Below, piece by piece: positions 53,801-64,000 of a stretch of DNA of 64,000 bases (position 1 is the first letter of the stretch; the number at the start of each line of letters is the position of its first letter). The notes beneath the pieces were generated by a model that had not been told where the DNA came from, made no database searches, and saw only the letters and a list, made by a program, of their open reading frames with translations. Origin of the DNA: Leptogorgia sarmentosa (Eukaryota). The position numbers and the translations under genes were made by a program. The stretch is from positions 2,418,001-2,482,000 of the forward strand of contig OZ210884.1 in assembly GCA_964658305.1 (NCBI GenBank), in the 5' to 3' direction.

Positions 53801-56800
53801 AAAATGGAAGCCACAGAAGCAATCAAGTCCCTTCACCTGGTATGGTATATTTGCTATTGCTCCTGTTGAGATTCCTTTGAAACAACGGGCTACCAATCAT
53901 CATGCTCTTGCTCGTATTTTTATCACAGGTTTACGAAATTTACGCTGCACATTGCTCTTGGCATGGTGAATACGCATGGTAAATTTGGTGGCGACACCAT
54001 TCAAAATGGAAGCCACAGAAGCAGTCAAGTCCCTTCACCTGGTATGGTATATTTGCTATTGCTATTGCTCCCGTTGAGATTCCTTTGAAACAACGGGCTA
54101 CCCATCATCATGCCCTTGCTCGTATTTTTATCACAGGTTTACGAAAGTTTCGATGCGCATTGTTCTTGGCATGGTGAATACGCATGGTAAATTTGGTGGC
54201 GATACCATTCAAAATGGAAGCCACAGAAGCAATCAAGTCCCTTCAACTGGTATGGTATATTTGCTATTGCTATTGCTCCTGTTGAGATTCCTTTGAAGCA
54301 ACGGGCTACCCATCATCATGCCCTTGTTCGTATTTTTATCACAGGTTTACGAAATTTTCGCTGCACATTGCTCTTGGCATGGTGAATACGCATGGTAAAT
54401 TTGGTGGCGACACCATTCAAAATGGAAGCCACAGAAGCAATCAAGTCCCTTCACCTGGTATGGTATATTTGCTATTGCTGTTGCTCCTGTTGAGATTCCT
54501 TTGAAACAACGGGCTACCCATCATCATGCCCTTGCTCGTATTTTTATCACAGGTTTACGAAATTTTCGCTGCACATTGCTCTTGGCATGGTGAATACGCA
54601 TGGTAAATTTGGTGGCGACACCATTCAAAATGGAACCCACAGAAGCAATCAAGTCCCTTCACCTGGTATGGTATATTTGCTATTGCTATTGCTCCTGTTG
54701 AGATTCCTTTGAAACAACGGGCTACCCATCATCATGCCCTTGCTCGTATTTTTATCACAGGTTTACGAAATTTTCGCTGCGCATTGCTCTTGGCATGGTG
54801 AATACGCATGGTAAATTTGGTGGCGACACCATTCAAAATGGAAGCAACAGAAGCAATCAAGTCCCTTCACCTGGTATGGTATATTTGCTATTGCTATTGC
54901 TCCTGTTGAGATTCCTTTGAAACAACGGGCTACCCATCATCATGCCCTTGCTCGTATTTTTATCACAGGTTTACGAAATTTTCGCTGCACATTGCTCTTT
55001 GCATGGGGAATACGCATGGTAAATTTGGTGGCGACACCATTCAAAATGGAAGCCACAGAAGCAATCAAGTCCCTTCACCTGGTATGGTATATTTGCTATT
55101 GCTCCTGTTGAGATTCCTTTGAAACAACGGGCTACCCATCATCATGCCCTTGCTCGTATTTTTATCACAGGTTTACGAAATTTTCGCTGCACATTGCTCT
55201 TGGCATGGTGAATACGCATGGTAAATTTGGTGGCGACACCATTCAAAATGGAAGCCACAGAAGCAATCAAGTCCCTTCACCTGGTATGGTATATTTGCTG
55301 TTGCTATTGCTCCTGTTGAGATTCCTTTGAAACAACGGGCTACCCATCATCATGCCCTTGCTCGTATTTTTATCACAGGTTTACGAAATGTTTGCTGCAC
55401 ATTGCTCTTGGCATGGTGAATACGCATGGTAAATTTGGTGGCGACACCATTCAAAATGGAAGCCAGAGAAGCAATCAAGTCCCTTCACCTGGTATGGTAT
55501 ATTTGCTATTGCTATTGCTCCTGTTGAGATTCCTTTGAAACAACGGGCTACCCATTATCATGCCCTTGCTCGTATTTTTATCACAGGTTTACGAAATTTT
55601 CGCTGCACATTGCTCTTGGCGATGGTGAATACGCATTGTAAATTTGGTGGCGACACCATTCAAAATGGAAGCCACAGAAGCAATCAAGTCCCTTCACCTG
55701 GTATGGTATATTTGCTGTTGCTATTGCTCCTGTTGAGATTCCTTTGAAACAACGGGCTACCCATCATCATGCCCTTGCTCGTATTTTTATCACAGGTTTA
55801 CGAAATTTTCGCTACACATTGCTTTTGGCATGGTGAATATGCATGGTAAATTTGGTGGCGACACCATTCAAAATGGAAGCCACAGAAGCAATCAAGTCCC
55901 TTCACCTGGTATGGTATATTTGCTATTGCTATTGCTCCTGTTGAGATTCCTTTGAAACAACGGGCTACCAATCATCATGCCCTTGCTCGTATTTTTATCA
56001 CAGGTTTACGAAATTTACGCTGCACATTGCTCTTGGCATGGTGAATACGCATGGGTAATTTGGTGGCGACACCATTCAAAATGGAAGCCACAGAAGCAGT
56101 CAAGTCCCTTCACCTGGTATGGTATATTTGCTATTGCTATTGCTCCTGTTGAGATTCCTTTGAAACAACGGGCTACCCATCATCATGCCCTTGCTCGTAT
56201 TTTTATCACAGGTTTACGAAATTTTCGCTGCGCATTGCTCTTGGCATGGTGAATACGCATGGTAAATTTGGTGGCGACACCATTCAAAATGGAAGCCACA
56301 GAAGCAATCAAGTCCCTTCTCCTGGTATGGTATATTTGCTATTGCTCCTGTTGAGATTCCTTTGAAACAACGGGCTACCCATCATAATGCCCTTGCTCGT
56401 ATTTTTATAACAGGTTTACGAAATTTACGCTGTACATTGCTCTTGGCATGGTGAATACGCATGGTAAATTTGGTGGCGACACCATTCAAAATGGAAGCCA
56501 CAGAAGCAATCAAGTCCCTTCAACTGGTATGGTATATTTGCTATTGCTATTGCTCCTGTTGAGATTCCTTTGAAGCAACGGGCTACCCATCATCATGCCC
56601 TTGTTCGTATTTTTATCACAGGTTTACGAAATTTTCGCTGCACATTGCTCTTGGCATGGTGAATACGCATGGTAAATTTGGTGGCGACACCATTCAAAAT
56701 GGAAGCCACAGAAGCAATCAAGTCCCTTCACCTGGTATGGTATATTTGCTATTGCTATTGCTCCTGTTGAGATTCCTTTGAAACAACGGGCTACCCATCA

Positions 56801-56985
56801 TCATGCCCTTGTTCGTATTTTTATCACAGGTTTACGAAATTTTCGCTGCACATTGCTCTTGGCATGGTGAATACGCATGGTAAATTTGGTGGCGACACCA
56901 TTCAAAATGGAAGCCACAGAAGCAATCAAGTCCCTTCACCTGGTATGGTATATTTGCTATTGCTATTGCTCCTGTTGAGATTCCT

Positions 56986-59900
56986 TTGAAACAACGGGCT
57001 ACCCATCATCATGCCCTTGCTCGTATTTTTATCACAGGTTTACGAAATTTTCGCTGCACATTGCTCTTGGCATGGTGAATACGCATGGTAAATTTGGTGG
57101 CGACACCATTCAAAATGTAACCCACAGAAGCAATCAAGTCCCTTCACCTGGTATGGTATATTTGCTATTGCTATTGCTCCTGTTGAGATTCCTTTGAAAC
57201 AACGGGCTACCCATCATCATGCCCTTGCTCGTATTTTTATCACAGGTTTACGAAATTTTCGCTGCGCATTGCTCTTAGCATGGTGAATACGCATGGTAAA
57301 TTTGGTGGCGACACCATTCAAAATGGAAGCAACAGAAGCAATCAAGTCCCTTCACCTGGTATGGTATATTTGCTATTGCTATTGCTCCTGTTGAGATTCC
57401 TTTGAAACAACGGGCTACCCATCATCATGCCCTTGCTCGTATTTTTATCACAGGTTTACGAAATTTTCGCTGCACATTGCTCTTTGCATGGTGAATACGC
57501 ATGGTAAATTTGGTGGCGACACCATTCAAAATGGAAGCCACAGAAGCAATCAAGTCCCTTCACCTGGTATGGTATATTTGCTATTGCTCCTGTTGAGATT
57601 CCTTTGAAACAACGGGCTACCCATCATCATGCCCTTGCTCGTATTTTTATCACAGGTTTACGAAATTTTCACTGCACATTGCTCTTGGCATGGCGAATAC
57701 GCATGGTAAATTTGGTGGCGACACCATTCAAAATGGAAGCCACAGAAGCAATCAAGTCCCTTCACCTGGTATGGTATATTTGCTGTTGCTATTGCTCCTG
57801 TTGAGATTCCTTTGAAACAACGGGCTACCCATCATCATGCCCTTGCTCGTATTTTTATCACAGGTTTACGAAATTTTCGCTACACATTGCTCTTGGCATG
57901 GTGAATACGCATGGTAAATTTGGTGGCGACACCATTCAAAATGGAAGCCACAGAAGCAATCAAGTCCCTTCACCTGGTATGGTATATTTGCTATTGCTCC
58001 TGTTGAGATTCCTTTGAAACAACGGGCTACCCATCATCATGCCCTTGCTCGTTTTTGATCACAGGTTTACAAAATTTTCGCTGCACATTGCTCTTGGCAT
58101 GGTGAATACGCATGGTAAATTTGGTGGCGACACCATTCAAAATGGAAGCCACAGAAGCAATCAAGTCCCTTTACCTGGTATGGTATATTTGCTATTGCTC
58201 CTGTTGAGATTCCTTTGAAACAACGGGCTACCCATCATCATGCCCTTGCTCGTATTTTTATCACAGGTTTACGAAATTTTCGCTGCACATTGCTCTTGGC
58301 ATGGTGAATACGCATGGTAAATTTGGTGGCGACCCCATTCAAAATGTAACCCACAGAAGCAATCAAGTCCCTTCACCTGGTATGGTATATTTGCTATTGC
58401 TATTGCTCCTGTTGAGATTCCTTTGAAACAACGGGCTACCCATCATCATGCCCTTGCTCGTATTTTTATCACAGGTTTACGAAATTTTCGCTGCGCATTG
58501 CTCTTAGCATGGTGAATACGCATGGTAAATTTGGTGGCGACACCATTCAAAATGGAAGCAACAGAAGCAATCAAGTCCCTTCACCTGGTATGGTATATTT
58601 GCTATTGCTATTGCTCCTGTTGAGATTCCTTTGAAACAACGGGCTACCCATCATCATGCCCTTGCTCGTATTTTTATCACAGGTTTACGAAATTTTCGCT
58701 GCACATTGCTCTTTGCATGGTGAATACGCATGGTAAATTTGGTGGCGACACCATTCAAAATGGAAGCCACAGAAGCAATCAAGTCCCTTCACCTGGTATG
58801 GTATATTTGCTATTGCTCCTGTTGAGATTCCTTTGAAACAACGGGCTACCCATCATCATGCCCTTGCTCGTATTTTTATCACAGGTTTACGAAATTTTCA
58901 CTGCACATTGCTCTTGGCATGGCGAATACGCATGGTAAATTTGGTGGCGACACCATTCAAAATGGAAGCCACAGAAGCAATCAAGTCCCTTCACCTGGTA
59001 TGGTATATTTGCTGTTGCTATTGCTCCTGTTGAGATTCCTTTGAAACAACGGGCTACCCATCATCATGCCCTTGCTCGTATTTTTATCACAGGTTTACGA
59101 AATTTTCGCTACACATTGCTCTTGGCATGGTGAATACGCATGGTAAATTTGGTGGCGACACCATTCAAAATGGAAGCCACAGAAGCAATCAAGTCCCTTC
59201 ACCTGGTATGGTATATTTGCTATTGCTCCTGTTGAGATTCCTTTGAAACAACGGGCTACCCATCATCATGCCCTTGCTCGTTTTTGATCACAGGTTTACA
59301 AAATTTTCGCTGCACATTGCTCTTGGCATGGTGAATACGCATGGTAAATTTGGTGGCGACACCATTCAAAATGGAAGCCACAGAAGCAATCAAGTCCCTT
59401 TACCTGGTATGGTATATTTGCTATTGCTCCTGTTTAGATTCCTTTGAAACAACGGGCTACCCATCATCATGCCCTTGCTCGTATTTTTATCACAGGTTTA
59501 CGAAATGTTTGCTGCACATTGCTCTTGGCATGGTGAATACGCATGGTAAATTTGGTGGCGACACCATTCAAAATGGAAGCCAGAGAAGCAATCAAGTCCC
59601 TTCACCTGGTATGGTATATTTGCTATTGCTATTGCTCCTGTTGAGATTCCTTTGAAACAACGGGCTACCCATCATCATGCCCTTGCTCGTATTTTTATCA
59701 CAGGTTTACGAAATTTTCGCTGCACATTGCTCTTGGCGATGGTGAATACGCATGGTAAATTTGGTGGCGACACCATTCAAAATGGAAGCCACAGAAGCAA
59801 TCAAGTCCCTTCACCTGGTATGGTATATTTGCTGTTGCTATTGCTCCTGTTGAGATTCCTTTGAAACAACGGGCTACCCATCATCATGCCCTTGCTCGTA

Positions 59901-62900
59901 TTTTTATCACAGGTTTACGAAATTTTCGCTACACATTGCTTTTGGCATGGTGAATACGCATGGTAAATTTGGTGGCGACACCATTCAAAATGGAAGCCAC
60001 AGAAGCAATCAAGTCCCTTCACCTGGTATGGTATATTTGCTATTGCTATTGCTCCTGTTGAGATTCCTTTGAAACAACGGGCTACCCATCATCATGCCCT
60101 TGCTCGTATTTTTATCACAGGTTTACGAAATTTTCGCTGCACATTGCTCTTGGCATGGTGAATACGCATGGTAAATTTGGTGGCGACACTATTCAAAATG
60201 GAAGCCACAGAAGCAATCAAGTCCCTTCACCTGGTATGGTATATTTGCTATTGCTATTGCTCCTGTTGAGATTCCTTTGAAACAACGGGCTACCCATCAT
60301 CATGCTCTTGCTCGTATTTTTATCACAGGTTTACGAAATTTACGCTGCACATTGCTCTTGGCATGGTGAATACGCATGGTAAATTTGGTGGCGACACCAT
60401 TCAAAATGGAAGCCACAGAAGCAATCAAGTCCCTTCAACTGGTATGGTATATTTGCTATTGCTATTGCTCCTGTTGAGATTCCTTTGAAGCAACGGGCTA
60501 CCCATCATCATGCCCTTGTTCGTATTTTTATCACAGGTTTACGAAATTTTCGCTGCACATTGCTCTTGGCATGGTGAATACGCATGGTAAATTTGGTGGC
60601 GACACCATTCAAAATGGAAGCCACAGAAGCAATCAAGTCCCTTCACCTGGTATGGTATATTTGCTATTGCTATTGCTCCTGTTGAGATTCCTTTGAAACA
60701 ACGGGCTACCCATCATCATGCCCTTGCTCGTATTTTTATCACAGGTTTACGAAATTTTCGCTGCACATTGCTCTTGGCATGGTGAATACGCATGGTAAAT
60801 TTGGTGGCGACACCATTCAAAATGTAACCCACAGAAGCAATCAAGTCCCTTCACCTGGTATGGTATATTTGCTATTGCTATTGCTCCTGTTGAGATTCCT
60901 TTGAAACAACGGGCTACCCATCATCATGCCCTTGCTCGTATTTTTATCACAGGTTTACGAAATTTTCGCTGCGCATTGCTCTTAGCATGGTGAATACGCA
61001 TGGTAAATTTGGTGGCGACACCATTCAAAATGGAAGCAACAGAAGCAATCAAGTCCCTTCACCTGGTATGGTATATTTGCTATTGCTATTGCTCCTGTTG
61101 AGATTCCTTTGAAACAACGGGCTACCCATCATCATGCCCTTGCTCGTATTTTTATCACAGGTTTACGAAATTTTCGCTGCACATTGCTCTTTGCATGGTG
61201 AATACGCATGGTAAATTTGGTGGCGACACCATTCAAAATGGAAGCCACAGAAGCAATCAAGTCCCTTCACCTGGTATGGTATATTTGCTATTGCTCCTGT
61301 TGAGATTCCTTTGAAACAACGGGCTACCCATCATCATGCCCTTGCTCGTATTTTTATCACAGGTTTACGAAATTTTCACTGCACATTGCTCTTGGCATGG
61401 CGAATACGCATGGTAAATTTGGTGGCGACACCATTCAAAATGGAAGCCACAGAAGCAATCAAGTCCCTTCACCTGGTATGGTATATTTGCTGTTGCTATT
61501 GCTCCTGTTGAGATTCCTTTGAAACAACGGGCTACCCATCATCATGCCCTTGCTCGTATTTTTATCACAGGTTTACGAAATTTTCGCTACACATTGCTCT
61601 TGGCATGGTGAATACGCATGGTAAATTTGGTGGCGACACCATTCAAAATGGAAGCCACAGAAGCAATCAAGTCCCTTCACCTGGTATGGTATATTTGCTA
61701 TTGCTCCTGTTGAGATTCCTTTGAAACAACGGGCTACCCATCATCATGCCCTTGCTCGTTTTTGATCACAGGTTTACAAAATTTTCGCTGCACATTGCTC
61801 TTGGCATGGTGAATACGCATGGTAAATTTGGTGGCGACACCATTCAAAATGGAAGCCACAGAAGCAATCAAGTCCCTTTACCTGGTATGGTATATTTGCT
61901 ATTGCTCCTGTTGAGATTCCTTTGAAACAACGGGCTACCCATCATCATGCCCTTGCTCGTATTTTTATCACAGGTTTACGAAATTTTCGCTGCACATTGC
62001 TCTTGGCATGGTGAATACGCATGGTAAATTTGGTGGCGACCCCATTCAAAATGTAACCCACAGAAGCAATCAAGTCCCTTCACCTGGTATGGTATATTTG
62101 CTATTGCTATTGCTCCTGTTGAGATTCCTTTGAAACAACGGGCTACCCATCATCATGCCCTTGCTCGTATTTTTATCACAGGTTTACGAAATTTTCGCTG
62201 CGCATTGCTCTTAGCATGGTGAATACGCATGGTAAATTTGGTGGCGACACCATTCAAAATGGAAGCAACAGAAGCAATCAAGTCCCTTCACCTGGTATGG
62301 TATATTTGCTATTGCTATTGCTCCTGTTGAGATTCCTTTGAAACAACGGGCTACCCATCATCATGCCCTTGCTCGTATTTTTATCACAGGTTTACGAAAT
62401 TTTCGCTGCACATTGCTCTTTGCATGGTGAATACGCATGGTAAATTTGGTGGCGACACCATTCAAAATGGAAGCCACAGAAGCAATCAAGTCCCTTCACC
62501 TGGTATGGTATATTTGCTATTGCTCCTGTTGAGATTCCTTTGAAACAACGGGCTACCCATCATCATGCCCTTGCTCGTATTTTTATCACAGGTTTACGAA
62601 ATTTTCACTGCACATTGCTCTTGGCATGGCGAATACGCATGGTAAATTTGGTGGCGACACCATTCAAAATGGAAGCCACAGAAGCAATCAAGTCCCTTCA
62701 CCTGGTATGGTATATTTGCTGTTGCTATTGCTCCTGTTGAGATTCCTTTGAAACAACGGGCTACCCATCATCATGCCCTTGCTCGTATTTTTATCACAGG
62801 TTTACGAAATTTTCGCTACACATTGCTCTTGGCATGGTGAATACGCATGGTAAATTTGGTGGCGACACCATTCAAAATGGAAGCCACAGAAGCAATCAAG

Positions 62901-64000
62901 TCCCTTCACCTGGTATGGTATATTTGCTATTGCTCCTGTTGAGATTCCTTTGAAACAACGGGCTACCCATCATCATGCCCTTGCTCGTTTTTGATCACAG
63001 GTTTACAAAATTTTCGCTGCACATTGCTCTTGGCATGGTGAATACGCATGGTAAATTTGGTGGCGACACCATTCAAAATGGAAGCCACAGAAGCAATCAA
63101 GTCCCTTTACCTGGTATGGTATATTTGCTATTGCTCCTGTTTAGATTCCTTTGAAACAACGGGCTACCCATCATCATGCCCTTGCTCGTATTTTTATCAC
63201 AGGTTTACGAAATGTTTGCTGCACATTGCTCTTGGCATGGTGAATACGCATGGTAAATTTGGTGGCGACACCATTCAAAATGGAAGCCAGAGAAGCAATC
63301 AAGTCCCTTCACCTGGTATGGTATATTTGCTATTGCTATTGCTCCTGTTGAGATTCCTTTGAAACAACGGGCTACCCATCATCATGCCCTTGCTCGTATT
63401 TTTATCACAGGTTTACGAAATTTTCGCTGCACATTGCTCTTGGCGATGGTGAATACGCATGGTAAATTTGGTGGCGACACCATTCAAAATGGAAGCCACA
63501 GAAGCAATCAAGTCCCTTCACCTGGTATGGTATATTTGCTGTTGCTATTGCTCCTGTTGAGATTCCTTTGAAACAACGGGCTACCCATCATCATGCCCTT
63601 GCTCGTATTTTTATCACAGGTTTACGAAATTTTCGCTACACATTGCTTTTGGCATGGTGAATACGCATGGTAAATTTGGTGGCGACACCATTCAAAATGG
63701 AAGCCACAGAAGCAATCAAGTCCCTTCACCTGGTATGGTATATTTGCTATTGCTATTGCTCCTGTTGAGATTCCTTTGAAACAACGGGCTACCCATCATC
63801 ATGCCCTTGCTCGTATTTTTATCACAGGTTTACGAAATTTTCGCTGCACATTGCTCTTGGCATGGTGAATACGCATGGTAAATTTGGTGGCGACACTATT
63901 CAAAATGGAAGCCACAGAAGCAATCAAGTCCCTTCACCTGGTATGGTATATTTGCTATTGCTATTGCTCCTGTTGAGATTCCTTTGAAACAACGGGCTAC
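56986..64000 (+). repeat. Higher-order repeat: 18-mer of 3707 bp (second copy cut by the window end), each with a nested 6-mer (1229 bp) duplication
   Basis: Offsets 56986/60693, 57604/61311, 59341/63048 and 59652/63359 = 3707; 57604/58833 and 61311/62540 = 1229. Markers: AATGTAACCC, GAAGCAACAG, CTCGTTTTTGATC. Confidence 0.93.

Larger units (their letters stand above)
1..64000 (+). repeat. Tandem satellite DNA array, 208-bp consensus monomer (variants about 202-209 bp), about 310 head-to-tail copies, running off both window ends
   Basis: The same monomer recurs continuously in one orientation. TTGAAACAAC starts at 1192, 1400 and 1608 give a 208-bp period. 46035-46242 is a consensus-type copy. 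No non-repeat sequence was seen. Confidence 0.99.

Noticed and set aside
1192..63571. The many short ORFs of 61-179 aa (MKQRATHHH..., MVNLVATPFK..., MVNTHGKFGG...)
   Set aside because: They are translations of a repeat whose length is mostly not a multiple of 3. They open and close with chance indels or stop-loss variants, many start at TTG, and I recognise no domain. The poly-Leu and Cys-Tyr runs are just the GCTATT repeat.
1..64000. CRISPR array or other repeat-spacer system
   Set aside because: There are no unique spacers: the entire 208 bp is repeated, and no cas or other genes are present.
1..64000. Assigning an organism or a named satellite family
   Set aside because: I do not recognise the monomer, and it cannot be named without a database search.

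Overview
The whole 64 kb window is one uninterrupted, head-to-tail tandem satellite array of about 310 copies of a 208-bp consensus monomer (about 43% GC by hand count): TTGAAACAACGGGCTACCCATCATCATGCCCTTGCTCGTATTTTTATCACAGGTTTACGAAATTTTCGCTGCACATTGCTCTTGGCATGGTGAATACGCATGGTAAATTTGGTGGCGACACCATTCAAAATGGAAGCCACAGAAGCAATCAAGTCCCTTCACCTGGTATGGTATATTTGCTATTGCTATTGCTCCTGTTGAGATTCCT. Most copies differ from it by only a few substitutions. Recurrent length variants are 202 bp (one GCTATT lost), 209 bp (GGCATGG to GGCGATGG) and 205-207 bp. I saw no inversion, transposon or unique sequence. All ORFs in the track are translations of the repeat and are not called as genes. The architecture is typical of eukaryotic centromeric, pericentromeric or heterochromatic satellite DNA, but I cannot identify the organism or the family. 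The real structure lies in the variants: domains with nested higher-order repeats (2- to 27-mers), variant haplotypes shared across 12 kb and 52 kb, a dyad-rich monomer with several palindrome-perfecting variants, and a speculative splice-donor/acceptor layout in each monomer. No new gene system is supported.
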